A program made the position numbers and the translations under genes. Under the pieces are notes generated by a model. That model had not been told where the DNA came from. It worked only from the letters and a program-made list of their open reading frames with translations, and did not search any database. A DNA stretch of 64,000 bases from Octopus sinensis (lineage: Eukaryota): positions 105,214,001 to 105,278,000 of the forward strand of contig NC_043001.1 of NCBI RefSeq assembly GCF_006345805.1, given 5' to 3'. Positions 11,032 to 25,080 of the stretch are shown here, piece after piece. The first letter of the stretch is position 1. Each line of letters begins with the position of its first letter.

Positions 11032-14000
11032 TTCAAATATATTGTGTGTGAGTGAGACATAGGTCGATACAAAAAAAAAAACACATTAAATACGTTACAA
11101 ATAGAATTTGGAACATATAAAACGGTTTTGGTTATGAACCAAAGCATTTAAATGAAACAGTTCTCATTTGGGAAACAATATACTTTTAAACATATATTTA
11201 AAGAGTATTTCCTAAGGAGAAATTTATCTTTTAAAACATTTTATTCTAACGACTTGTTCTTTTACAGAGCTGGGATTTATTTTATCTCTCAGAAATTATC
11301 TATAAATCCAGATGAGTCCCCGATAGAGTGTTGCTTTCGTATCTGGAACAACACTGTTGATGCATTCACTGTTGTACTGGGATGCATCAAAATATGACCA
11401 TTCAATTGATTCCAGAAAAGAAACTCAGAGACACACGCGTGTTTCTACTATGCAGTCACGTTTTCTCTTCTCTTTGACTTGTTATCGTTACTACGATAAC
11501 TACATCTCTTTGGACGTGACGGTCTCAACCCATCTCCCTCAGATATCCCCCAAAGCACTCATCTCTGTTCTTCTATCACCAATCCAGGAATTTCCCATAT
11601 TATTGTGCCTCGTCCGCTCTTCGCAGAACGTCGGACTGGGGCCGACCTTCTCGGAAGGTTTGGGCAAAATAATTAGTAATTAGAGCTCATATCTTTCCTA
11701 CAGTTGTTAACTTGCAGTGATCTACGGTGAGCATCGAATACAGTAGGTTTCTCACCGGTTTCGAAGTCGTTGCGAAGGCCAAACACACTGTCTGTGTCTC
11801 AAAAGGCAGGAAGTAAAAAACAAAACACTTTTTAAGCATCGTGTTTATACTTTAATATTAGGAAAAAACTGCTATATATGGAGATACGTTAATTCGATTC
11901 CATCGATCTGTAGAGTTTGTTTACAGACTTAAGCTTCAATTGATTCCTATTCTATAAAATGTCAATTAAAAAAAATACGATAAATAATTTTTTTTATAAT
12001 AGATTATTTTTTTATAATAGATTTTTTAATAATAGATTTTAGTAGAATCTAGTAGATTAAACGATGCTGATATTTTAATACAGATGACAAGTTGAAATGG
12101 CGCTGAGAGTGTATGTGAAAATATTACGTGGTAAGATAGAAATATAGGAAAGAAGAAACAACGACAGACACAGCAAGCCTTTCAATAAAATCAAAATCGG
12201 AATTAAGCAAAAATTAACGAGAATTCTGTTTTGAAATGTTAATGATTAACTGTATTGTATCAAATGTCGCGCTGAACGGAACGCAAATATATATTCTACA
12301 GATCGACCAAGGCGTCTTCAAAAACAGACGTGGAAGCAGAGAGGGCCGTTTAAAGGTGCTGTTTAGAAAGTGTTCTTTCACAACAATGTCGATTCCACCA
12401 GTCTTATTCCTTCTGTCATAAATAAAAGAAATACATTGTACTTACCAACTTCGAGTTATTCAGACCGAACGGCACAATATATCTTACGCTATGTACCATT
12501 TCCCTTTTAACAAACGCACCAATTCCTTCAGTCTTTAAACTTATTTTCACGGCGTAGGTAATCTTTTCATTTCACATGGTTGTTACAGTTATACCAAGAC
12601 CTAATTCGGTGCTATGATAATGCGTGAGATGATCTTTCTCTTGGCTATATAAAGTGGCTAAAATCTGTAACAAATCCCATTTGGATGTAGATAATTTACA
12701 GTGAAACAGCTTCGGCAATAAGAACCTTTCATTGCAAATAAACCAAAAAAACCCAAAAGAAAAACAACTCTCACTGCTATCATTGTTACTCCATCTCCTG
12801 CGATTCCAATCTGTCTTCTCCCGACCAAAATTTGAGAAATGTAATTAAACCGCTGCTGTAATCACGAAACAAAGTACATCTCCTTTTGTAAGATGTTGTT
12901 GAGCGTTATCCCGTAGTTACCAAGATTAAAAAAAGATACAGAAGCCAAATGACCTCACGTAGAAATTGTGGGTGTTGTTGCTGAAGAGCACGTGAAATCC
13001 TCTGATGTTAAAGATGGACAATTATCAGCCTCCTTTACACAGAACAACCTGCTTGGCTTCAGTGGAAATCCTAATTAAATTACACTCAGCGGAGAACATA
13101 TCTTGAGGAATGCAACAACATCTGATGCTATCTCGAATGGTTAAACATGATAATAATATTTAAGCAGAATAATGAGTTTACATCTCGCCCATTACATGCC
13201 ATACAAAAACAACCAAACAACAAACACTATGGCAACTCTTCCTGCCAAAGTCTTCAGGGCAAGCTAATTACTGTAAGGCACGAACGCAGGACGCTAAGCA
13301 ACAAAAATGACAAACGAACAAACAAAGAAAAAACAGTATTTTATTATGGTGGAAAAATATCGAAGCCTGCTAGTATAAATCAGAAGTTTGATTCTCATCC
13401 ATTACTATTAAGTTTATATTCTCCGCGGAAGAACGTGAGGCATTCTGGTGTGAGATCTGAAGCAAAAAGGGAGATTTCAAGCGGAATGCCTCCTGGCTAA
13501 AATTTCGGAAAGAACTATGTAACAACATCGGCTGTAACACGTATACATCCAGCCTTGAAACACTTTAGCTGATACCAAACTACATAACGCGAAGCCACAT
13601 GGAAAATACCTAATAGGTGGATGGTTTTACAAGGGACAGATATTACATAAAATCCATTAATATGCGTTTTGAAAGTAACTATAGCAGGTGAGTTTGCCTT
13701 AGCAAGTTAATATGCTATTGCAGAAACGTACCTTATAGCCAAGAATATATCCACCGTTTTGTCACAAAACTATAAGTCCTTTGCTTGACAAAACATTACA
13801 TACACGCTTAACACAAGCTGTCTCGACCAATTTCATCCAGAACCAGTGACTGATGAGCTGACAAGTGGAAATACAACTTCTCTGCTGAATAACCTTTCAT
13901 AAGCAAAAATTTGCAGACCGAAGTGGGAAAACACCACAGATATCGTGTGAGGGTATGACTCGAACACGGGGCAGCATTCACCCCTGTTACACATTAATGG

Positions 14001-15083
14001 CTGCTGATTTCTCTCTACTTGGCATTAGTCACTGTCATTGAAGGGCTCAGACCGGCTGGGGCAGTAATCCTCACACAATTTAGAGCCGAAAGATCATTTC
14101 CAATGTTATAAATATTTCAAAGAGAATATTCGAAGAAGGAAGACTTTCGGTAATTTTGTTTATTTTGGCCTTAAATCCGTTATCATTTATCTTCGGGGAA
14201 AAGGTTCTGTTCAGTTTGGCTCACAGATTTTAGAATTATTTTATTTTAAAACTAAACAGTTTGAAACTTCGTATACTGGTGGAATGTCACGCGCAGAACA
14301 CGGCTTACTTTGAACATTTTTCAAAAAATTTGGTATTTTAGAAGTTGTTTCGTGTTAAAGAAGTATTTGGGTAATTTCAACCAATCAACGACGTGTATTC
14401 GGTTGAAGACAGCTACTGCTGTTTGCGATAGTGATCGAAGAGGAACACCTCCGGGTCATCTCTACAAAATGTCACCACTGTGTTCTATTTTATTTATATA
14501 TATATTTTTTTCTCGTCGGACTAACCAGTAAACATCGAAGAATCGACACGAAGAAGCAAGAAATATTATTTACATATGTTTATTTGTTTGCCCGACATCG
14601 GTCTTTTTCCACTCATAAAAAGCACCGGTGTTTAAAAGACCTATAGAGCTACGAGTCCGCAGGTAGCTTTTTTTGCTGTTGACGTGTATGTAGTTTCAAA
14701 ATTCCTTATTTTACAACTATGAGATGCATTGTCATTGTTATGATTTTATCTCACTATAATCAACAACAAACACAGTGTATTAGATGAAAAATAACATTAT
14801 GAAAACATGAAGGTGAAACAAAACAAATAGCGGCTAATACACCGGAAAATATGGTAATTGTAGTTAAGTTATAATTTCTTTGTGGATCACTTGCAGAACT
14901 ACGTGAGTTTAAAAACCCCAAATCATCTGGGGGTAACATTTTCAGCTGACCTATCAATGGAATTGGGCTAAAAGAATTGTTCGTGTTCGATTACAAAGAG
15001 AGCATCTCCTCCAAAATATCACCAACACACTACCTTTAAATGCAGCATGTCATTTTCGCTATAACAATATACAATACTATAAA

Positions 15084-15540
15084 GGCAGTGAGCTGGCAGC
15101 AACGATAGCACGCAGGGCGAAAATGCTTAGCGGTATTTCGTCTGCCGCTACGTTCCAAGTTCAAATTCCGCCGAGGTCGACTTTGCCTTTCATCCTTTCG
15201 GGGTAAATAAATTAAGTACCAATTGCGTACTGGGTCGATCTAATCGACTGGTCCCTCGCGCAAAAATGTCGGGTCGTGTATCTAGAGTAGAAAAGAATAG
15301 CTTGGACAGTAAAGGCGGCAAGCTGGCAGAAAAGTTAGCACGCCAGGCTGAATGCTTAGAGGTATTTTGTCTGTCTTTACGTTCTGAGATCAAATTCCGC
15401 CATGTCGAACTTTGCTTTTCATCATTTCGGGATCGATACATTAAGTAACATTTAGGTACTGGAAACGATTTAATCGACAGTCCTCCCGCCAAAAAAAAAA
15501 AAAAAAAAAAATTCGGGCCGTGTGCCTAGATCAGAAAAGA
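15084..15540 (+). mobile_element. two tandem SINE family B copies with type-2 tail
   Basis: Heads at 15084 and 15314; tails aaa(at)gtcgggtcgtgt..ctagagtagaaaag. Confidence 0.85.
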
Positions 15541-15588
15541 AAAGAATATAAAATACCATCAACAAATGTGTATCATTGAATAGACATA

Positions 15589-15800
15589 TACAGGGTGGGG
15601 CTGAATGAGCGGACACATTTGTAGGTTAACATTTTTCCATTCTTTTCTCTATTTCGTTTTTATGAAACCTACACATGTGTCAGGTCATTTTGCCCCACCA
15701 TATAGAATCCGCCTTTTATGGAATGAATATTTTAACACCAGCAAAAGGAATATTGGTGGAACTTACCTATAAAACTTCTATGAAGCGCAAAGATTGCAGG
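15589..15800 (+). mobile_element. possible Tc1/mariner left end
   Basis: TA-cagggtg start typical of Tc1/mariner TIRs; no convincing transposase or right TIR seen. Confidence 0.3.
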
Positions 15801-16329
15801 TCGAATATAATAGGAATAGAATTCAGTTTCCTGCTTCGATGTGAATATCGCTTTCGGAAAACTACTGACAACGTCGAGATTTTTGCTGCTTGTTTAGTGC
15901 TTAAATTGGAAAAACTAGCTAACCTTTACACCGCAAATTTACTATTTAAATTCGAATGCTGGAGCTTTGTATCTTTGTAAGAAACCAGCTCCTTCCTTAC
16001 AGTGAGACTTCTAACAAATAAAATTTGTATGATATGTACGACAAAATGACTAGTGTTAAAAATAAGTACCAATGGTGGCATGTAGAATTTTTGAGAAGTT
16101 ATTTAGCTGCGGCCATATCTGTTAGGTCGCACACTTAAAAATACGTATGCGATGTCAGTGAATGATGTTTAGGATTTTGCGTACCGTTGGTATTGAATTT
16201 ACACCAATGATACTAATGATAGATATTACTGATATTAATAAGTTTTTTGTTAGTTACTATATCTATCTATACGTATTTTGATCTGTCTATATATGTGTGT
16301 GTGTTTGTGTGTGTGTGTGTGTATGTATA

Positions 16330-16532
16330 TACGATCGCGATGATTGACCGCTAACTCCACAAGTGTTTTATTTGCTATTCTCTCTCTCTTTATTTCATCG
16401 TGTTCTTTTCTGTTGAAGAGCGTAGGCTTGAAACGTAAAAGACTTTTTAATTTTGCCGAGCGTTAAATTTATACACATGTTTGTTGTTTATACACCTGTC
16501 TTCGTCTTTTGTTTTTCTGTAAATTTCAACTA
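16330..16532 (+). mobile_element. short hammerhead-motif element
   Basis: tttt-CTGTTGA-A-GAGC-gtag-GCTT-GAAA-CGT-A-aaag at about 16406-16441; microsatellite flanks. Confidence 0.65.
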
Positions 16533-18128
16533 TATACACTCACATATAATGTACACATAAACTGACATTATGCACATATATAACAATGACACACACACAA
16601 ACACAAAAGCACACATTTATATATGCTTGTATATTTGTGATTAATATTTTCGTCTAAATGTTATTTTGTGGAATACAGTGTTTTTATACAAACACAATCT
16701 TGTGCGCGCCCACATGCGCACATACTCACACATGTATAGAAACGTATGCATGTATATGCCTATATATGCGTTTAAATATGTGCGTGTAATTAATGATGGA
16801 ATTGGTTCTAACCGTATACCATGATACGAAGTTCCATTTATACGTCATACAAGTTAGATTAAGAATCTCCTTTCTTACACTCGAGAATACGGATAACGAG
16901 CAAACATTGCAAGGAGACATTATGTTAGAATACTGCAATATGATAGTAATAGACATTAATGAGAAGTTAGTCATCTGGAAAATAAGCATGATAAATTAGA
17001 GAAAGAACTGGCGGCTTGCTGCTGTTTTGAACGAAATGTAATATATTTGTAAACTTTTCTACACTCCGTCTGAAAGTTTTCACCGTTCACTCGGAAATGC
17101 AGACACGGATCTCACACGCAACCACATACATTCACATACATTCTCTTTCTAAATATTTTCTCTATTTCTTTTCCTCATACACCCGAATGAGGAAAGAACC
17201 TTGTACATAAATGTGTGTAAATGTTTGCCTCTGAACAAGTGGTTGATTTCAAACTTTACGTTTGTTAATTGCTGTCCTATGGCATGAAAAGAGTTCAGGT
17301 GCAAAATAGACCGAATCACTTACACATATTTCGAACGTTTGCTACCAATTCTGCTTACTATCTATCTCCAAAATATATTTAGCTGCTTGAGAAGGCATTA
17401 ATATATTGAAACAGCATAACTATATTCAAACAATAAAATTAAGGTATGTGATTGACCTGTTTTCAATCGTATTGAAGCCAAAGTTTGACGATAAATAGAC
17501 GAGAAATTTACTGCTAACTTGCTTCTTCTCAAAAGCTTTAGGGGCCAACACATAGGAATATAATTACAACTTTGGACAATTTAAAAGATGATTTAGATAG
17601 CTTTGATAACTTATTGAACTATGATATAACTTAGAAAATGCATATACAAAATCATTGCTAAACATGGAACGTAAAGTATGGTCTGTGTCAAACAATATCT
17701 TATCGTCGCCATGCGTCACTGCATGCGAATTCTTTTATCTTCACTGAACAAAAGTTACCTCAATTCTTCTACTCATGTGATCGAACGATAAACGATGAAA
17801 ATAAGAGATTAGTGGTCATTTAGACTTCACTTAATCTTTATGTCAATATTCCTTGTAGCATACACTTACGAAAATTCTCTTCGACAAAGCTATTTTGTTC
17901 TTTTTGATAACAACAACGAAAAGAAAAAAAAGGAATGGAGTCTTGTGATCTGCACATTATTCTCTTCGCAAAAGTCTCAGAAGGAATTATGAAGTAAAAA
18001 AGAATAATGATAGAAATGTAAAACTCGAATAGTCAATCTTTAGAGTACATAATATTTATGAGACACAATGACCATATGCAAATAAACACACACACACAGA
18101 GTTACACACACACAAAACACACACACGC

Positions 18129-18180
<52 letters not shown>

Positions 18181-18191
18181 AATATATATGT

Positions 18192-18682
18192 GGAGGCGCA
18201 ATGGCCTAGTGGTTAGGGCAGCGGACTCGAGGTCGCAGGATCGCGGTCTCGATTCCCAGACCGGGCGTTGTGAGTGTTTATTGAGCGAAAACACCTAACA
18301 AAAAGCTCCACGAGGCTCCAGCAGGGGTGGTGATACCTGCTGTACCCTTTCACTACACTTTCTCTCACTCTTTCTTCTGTTGGCCTGTTCGCTTAGCCAG
18401 CGGGCTGGCGTCATTCGAAGGCTAAAACAATGCGAACGCATTGTGACCAGTATCATTCAATACCAACGGTACGCAAAATCCTAAACATCATTCACTGACA
18501 TCGCATACGTATTTTTAAGTGTGCGACCTAACAAATATGGCCGCAGCTAAATAACTTCTCAAAAATTCTACATGCCACCATTGGTACATATCTTTAACAC
18601 TAGTCATTTTGTCGTACATATCATACAAATTTTATTTGTTATAAGTCTCACTGATGGTCTGGTCGGTCACGTGATCACGTGA
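18192..18682 (+). mobile_element. SINE family C interrupted by a ~205-bp insertion
   Basis: A box tggcctagtgg, B-box-like ggtctcgattccc; tail gtcacgtgatcacgtgata. Matches minus copy 36578-36883 except at 18451-18650. Confidence 0.85.
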
Positions 18683-18728
18683 TATATATAATATATATAT
18701 ATATATATATAATATATATATATATATA

Positions 18729-19400
18729 CAATGTGCATTCCAGACGTTTTAAGAGACATTCAGGAGAAATTATTAATTGAAAACAAGTACAAAACTGTTG
18801 TCCGCTTTAAAGAAGGATCCCCTGACTTCAATGCACTTATTAGTTGGTCCGAGCTCCTTCGTGAAGGCCGCATTGAAGTCCTGCAAAATTAAGGTATCCA
18901 TGACCCCTGTCAAAGCCTCCTTTATTTTTTCCTTCAATTTATGAAATAACCAAAAATCCCATGGAGTAAGGTCTGAAGTGGTGGGAGGATTAAGGACAGC
19001 ATTGAGGTCCATCTCTGTCACGTTGTGGGCTACCAGGATTGGCGCATTGTTCTGGAGCAGGTGTCACTAACTCATGTGACGAACTCTCTTCTTGAAAGCC
19101 CTCAAACCCTCCACAAAGTACACTTGGTAAGCTGTCTGGGAGAAGGTAACCCAGTGGATGTAGATGATGCCCTTGGCGTTGAAATGCCAATCCTCAAATG
19201 CTTCACGTTGTGCTTGCATTACCTGGCAATTTCTGCTTGCGTTAGACAGACGTTTGACTCAAAATATTTAATCGATAAGCAGTCGCAATATTTTTATACG
19301 TTTCTATAACATTTTGCACCATGTTAACGCAAAACCCTTTGCATAACGAGCTTCAGAATTGTCCTTACGTCCCGGCTGCATTCTTCAAATCAGTGAGCTG
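18729..19400 (-). mobile_element. internally deleted mariner relic
   Basis: FCVNMVQNVIETYK (N-terminal HTH-like) joined to ..FNAKGII..LQNNAP..PPTTSDLTPWDFWLFHKLKE (catalytic motifs); ends at a TA array. Confidence 0.8.
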
Positions 19401-19786
19401 CCACAAGCAGTGTTTAGTAGAGTATATTCAGAGAGCTGTTACAGCCGCATACATCTCTATGGAAAAACAGAATTTTGCAGGTCGGTTTACTACATACATA
19501 GTTATTATATACTAAAATTACAATTATTTAGAACAGTTGTAACTGCCTTGATGTAACTCACGAATTCGTACACTCGGGTGACCAAATGTACGCGTGTAAA
19601 CACACATATTTGCCGAACGGTTTTCTTCATGGGTTCCGTGAACAAAATGTTGGTATTTTCGGTGCGGCTTTATGTAACATTTATATTGATTTTGTTGAAC
19701 AGGAAGGGAAAATGTCTGGTTATCATTGGTCAGAAAATTCTTCCGCTGGGGTTTGCTTTTATTATATTCTTTTATTTATTTATTGT

Positions 19787-19817
<31 letters not shown>

Positions 19818-21027
19818 TTTTTTGTTTGTTTAAGTCATTTGACTCTGGATATGCTGGAGCACTACCTTTAGGTAATTTTGAGTATGTTTACTCTTATTTT
19901 CATCTTGGTTTTGTTCCTGTAATAATTTACCTTAAAATGCTGTATTTCACGACATCTTTATTGCCATATTCTGTTTGGTTTGGTCGTATTTGTTAGAAGA
20001 TAGATTTTGAATATCTTTTACATTAAATGCTAATCCTAATTTGATGAGATTTTAATGATTGTTTTAATAAACAGAACAAACATTACTAATAAATGTTCAA
20101 AGTTTATCACTAACGTGCGAATTATTTACGTGTTAGAGATACAGAGCCAATGGATCTAGGAGCAAAGACCCTACATAATGACTGGTACGCGTGCCACCTT
20201 GAAGTAGTGTTAGATAATGCAGACATACATAAAATAAAAGATGGAATCGTCAAATCCGAAGCGATTTTTGTTTATATCTTGCTGTATGTCAGATAATAAG
20301 AACTGCAGACAGTAAAAGAAAAATACGAAATATCAAATAGACAGATAAAATAGTAATCGTTCGTAACGATCACTGCCAGAAAAAACAATCAAAAATATAT
20401 TTTAAAAAATCACATTTTGGATAATTATATATAGTAACGCTGTTTTGAAATCATGTTATATACTGATCCCTACACAAAATATATATGAAATAAAAAATAG
20501 AGATAAAGATACATCCCACAATATAGAGCTGTAAACTCCTTTATCGATTCCTTACATGAAAGACAGATTTTGCGCTGAGGTGAAGAGAAGATCAAAAGAC
20601 ATATGATAGAATAGATTCTACCGATTTTCTATTTAACCGACTTTACGTATTCTAGTTCACATAAATTATGTAATACAAACACTACACTGATTACCTAGCC
20701 ATCCATTATTTACAAGCTTTCACTTTCATCTCCTTCGAAATACCATCACCAAGTTACACAGCGGAAGGAAATGGAGAAACATATTTACTATGATACTATT
20801 ACCATTGTAAATCCATGGATGGGCAGCCGCTGAAGTAGAAGGCTTTTCAGCAGCGATCGAATAGACTTTATTTTAATCTGGTTCCTTCATAATTTCCAAC
20901 TTTAGATAATACATACACACATACACGCATATATACATATGTATCTATGTATATATATTTATATGTATGTACGTGTATATATATATATATATAATATATA
21001 TATATATATATGTTTATATGTATAAAG

Positions 21028-21103
<76 letters not shown>

Positions 21104-21160
21104 CATATATATATATGCATATATATACATGTTATATACATAAACGTGTATATATATATG

Positions 21161-21192
<32 letters not shown>

Positions 21193-21244
21193 TGTTATAT
21201 ACATAAACGTGTATATATACATATATATATATATATATTATATA

Positions 21245-21357
21245 TCACGTGCCACGTGACCGACCAGACCATCAGATGCTGTTACACATCGCTGGTCACA
21301 ATGCGTTCGCATTGTTTTAGCCTTCGAATGACGCTACCCCGCTGGCTAAGCGAGCAG

Positions 21358-21360
<3 letters not shown>
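21245..21360 (-). mobile_element. SINE family C, 3' fragment inside a TA array
   Basis: Reverse complement of family C tail. Confidence 0.85.
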
Positions 21361-21401
<41 letters not shown>

Positions 21402-21454
21402 ATATATATTATATATAATATTATATATATATATATATATATACATGTATACAG

Positions 21455-22030
21455 ACCCGATGTCACTGCAGTTCCAGAGTCACATGTAGTGCAAAGTGTA
21501 GGTCTTGGGGATCAGTATGTGCAATGGTGCATCATTTCTTATGCACATTACTAAGATGGCAGCAAAGTACAGACAACTGGCAGGATGGATACTAAGTCCC
21601 TACATGCCAAGAGACCACGACGACATGTTGATCCTGTGCAGGACCTTTTATGTCAGCCGCCTGGTCTACTGCTCTCAGCTATGGTCACTGCATAGTGCCA
21701 AACGAACAAAGGAGCTTGAAGCGGTCCAGTGTCACTAGATGACAAGGTTGAAATAGTGCAGCTGATGAGATCCAGGGAGCGGCAGAAAAATTGTAACTTC
21801 ACTCTGTGGAGCAAAGGCGTGACAGACCTGGATATGTAATAAATCTACATATGGAAAACTGTAGAAGGCTCAGTACTTAATTTCGGCATTGAATGTTATA
21901 CAAGTGCCAGGCCTGGACGCCATTGTATCGTACCAAATGTACCATCCACTCTATATGAATTCGGGAACATGTACATAAATAGCCTAGTGTTAAAGGCTCT
22001 GCCACTGAAATTAAGATATCTACAGAATGT
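21455..22030 (+). mobile_element. old CR1-type LINE fragment (post-RT region)
   Basis: LAGWIL..RDHDDMLILCRTFYVSRLVYCSQLWSLHSAKRTKELEAVQ parallels the motif in 25081-26608. Confidence 0.7.
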
Positions 22031-22059
22031 ATGACAGACTAGCAGGACAATTAAATGAA

Positions 22060-23425
22060 TGTGTCCAGAAATGTACAGTCCCCGCGTGAATGATGACTGG
22101 GAGGACAACGCTTATAATGGAAGTTAGAAGAAGGGGGAATATTTGTGGGAAACTACTGTCACATTGCAAGCCTAAAGATAATCTGGAAGACAGTCACTGG
22201 AATATGTGCAGCAAAGACACACTTTCCTGGCACATGAAGAAATACTACCAAAGGAACAAAAACAATGTAGGATGGGTACCAAGGATCATCTGGGCATCGA
22301 TAAAACAATTCTGAGGCATTGTAGAAAACATATAAACATGTTTATGGCTTGGATTGACTTTAAGAAGGCATATGATATGGTGCCTCATTCTTGGATCGTT
22401 GAATGCTTGCAGATGTTTGGTGTTGCTGACAACATCACAAATATTCTGATGCATAGCGTGAAAGAGTGGAAAACGAAATTGTGCTCAAGTAATGTATTCC
22501 TTGGAGAAGTTAATATTAAAAGGGGAATCTTCCAAGGTGACTCGTTTTCTCCGTTACTCTCTGTAATTGCACTATTACCCATAACAATGACACTTAGGAA
22601 AGTTAAGATGGGATATCGATATGGGAAGAAAGGCCCATCATGGAACCATCTGTTTACGGATTTAAATTGCTTGGGAAATCTGAAAAATAGATAGATTCCT
22701 TAACCAAAACAGTCCAGAAGTGTGATAGGGACATCGATATGGAATTTGGGATCACCAAATGCTCAGTACGTAATATGGAAAGAGGGAAGAAAGCAGCCTA
22801 CAGAGGATTGCGGTTACCATCAGGAGATACTGTGGGTGAACCCGACGGTATTGGTTATAGATATTTAGGGATTTTGGAGCTGGATGACATTCTACACAGA
22901 GAAATGAAAGACAATCTCAATGAAGCGTATCAAAAAAAGGGTGAAGCTGGTGTTGAAATCCAACTTGAAAGACACAAATGTGATTACCGCAATGAATATC
23001 TGGGCATTTGCGGTAGTCAGATATAGTGCATCCATTCTCAAATGAACTAAGGAGGAAATATCAACGCTGGATAGAAAGACGAGAAAGTTGATGACGCTGC
23101 ATGGGGCGCTCCACCCTAAAGCAAACGTAAACAGACTGTATATAAAAAGAAAGAATGGTGGCAGAGGACTAATTAGTAGAGACCATTATATATAAGGTGT
23201 GAAAGGAGAATGCTTGCCAATTATTTGATAGATAGTGATGAGGACCTGCTGCTATAAGCCGCGAAAGATATGGGCGTAAATGTAGATGAAATGATGGGCA
23301 AGGAACAGTTTAACCTAAGAGCTGAGGAGAAGAGAAAAGAATACCTACTTAAAATGAGAATGCATGTGTAGTTTGAAAGGAATACACAGGACGTCAGGGA
23401 TAATCCAGCATCATGGCCATGTTTT
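22060..23425 (+). mobile_element. R4/Dong-like non-LTR retrotransposon RT relic (frameshifted)
   Basis: [47 protein letters not shown], later YRYLGILE and LY..RKNGGRGL. Confidence 0.8.
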
Positions 23426-23809
23426 GAGCAGAACGTCCTCGTCGAGCTCTACAGATCTTCTAGAAATGAATTGTCTGCTAGGCTGTAGCTTCTGGCTTGG
23501 AATATCTGGAATCACCGTTGACACTGGCTTACACTTATTGCCCGATCCCCGTATAGGGTATTAATATTGCTCACACTGGTTGCCTTTATTGAATTCCTAA
23601 AGCAAAATATGCCGAATATGCTCATTTGTCACTTCCATTATAGCTTTAAAAAAGTAAGTGTTAAACTCGAACTGCACTCTTCAAAACTTGCACTAAGAAT
23701 AAACACAAAGTAAAATTACTACCTGCTTTTATAGCAAGTTGATGCAGGTTGTTTATCCTGCCTCACTCTGACTTTTAGTTCATGCAATTATTTATGGGAT
23801 AACCCTATA
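23425..23809 (-). mobile_element. mariner 5' fragment (TIR + HTH)
   Basis: TIR tatagggttatcccataaataattgc; ATG at 23638 gives MEVTNEHIRHILL*EFNKGN..NINTLYGDRAISVSQCQR..RSVELDEDVL across frameshifts. Confidence 0.8.
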
Positions 23810-24441
23810 TTGAAGACAGAGATAAGCAGTTTCCGGACAAACGCATCAGAAGAACCTCTACAACGGACTTAGCCGATAATCGAATCCATCTGGCTCAGCA
23901 TTAAAGTCCATACTGCAAATTAGCTTTCACCTTGACCCGAAAAGTCGAGTAACGTACCTCTAAAAAACCCGTAGAGATCGCAAGGGATAAAGTAGTTCAG
24001 AGTCACAGTAGTCAACTAAAGCCCAATTTGGCTGTGCTACCATTTTACATCTCTGACACACGGTCACATCAAAGAGATTTTCTTGATTTCGTTTCTCAGA
24101 AGAGATGTCCTATCTGTGGCAAACTAGCCTTTGTGCTTTGCGTTCAAGAATAGGTCGAGAGGCTAGTTTGTCGCAAGGCCATAGTTCAAGATGACCTAAA
24201 CACATTTGCAATGTTCTTGCAATTTACCTTTCCTCCTAAAATTTTCTTTTATTTATTACAGTCATTAATATTAGGGCCATATTGGGGCAACGCTTTTAAG
24301 AATTTTTAGTGCAATGAATCGACTCAAATACATTATTTAAAGCCTCGTACTCATTCCATCGGCCTGCTTTGCCGAACCTCTGTGTAACGATGATATACAC
24401 AAACAAAATACACATACACACACGTAGGCACACATACACAT

Positions 24442-24479
<38 letters not shown>

Positions 24480-24659
24480 GACCAACTTCTTTCCGTTTCC
24501 GTCTACCAATTCCACTCAACAGGCTTTGCTCGGCCAGGGGCTGTACCAGAAGACATGTGACTGTGGAATATCATCTCTATCGTGTCTCCCTGATTAAACT
24601 TCATAGCTTCTGTTCTTATCGCTCTTTCAAGGTCTGAACTATATTCAGAGCAAATCAAC

Positions 24660-24959
24660 AACTGCTACTGATGATAACAATATGGGTGATGATGATTATG
24701 ATGATGATGATGATGATGATGATGATGGTCATGATAATGATTATGTTGATATTTGCTGTGTTCCTGAACCTGATAAAAAAAAATATATATACATATATAT
24801 ACATATATATACATATATATACATATATATATATATACATATATATATACATACTATTACGTATATACTATATATATATATATAGATACATATAAATACA
24901 TATATATATATACATATAGTACATACATATACATTATATACATATACATATATATACAT

Positions 24960-24990
<31 letters not shown>

Positions 24991-25021
24991 AGTATATATA
25001 TATTATAATATATATATATAT

Positions 25022-25066
<45 letters not shown>

Positions 25067-25080
25067 TATATATATATATA
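24660..25080. repeat. (GAT)n plus (TA)n microsatellite
   Basis: Direct reading. Confidence 0.95.

Noticed and set aside
12700-14080. Coding-like composition and 117-aa ORF 13147-13500
   Set aside because: Only vague RT-like hints with inconsistent spacing; needs a translated homology search.
17150-17900. Possible ancient LINE relic
   Set aside because: No recognisable motif in any frame I could read.
18192-18270. tRNA-like heads (also 30592, 38717, 46270)
   Set aside because: Have A/B boxes but no complete cloverleaf and continue into SINE bodies; not tRNA genes.
24671-24895. Poly-Met / poly-Asp ORFs
   Set aside because: (GAT)n microsatellite.
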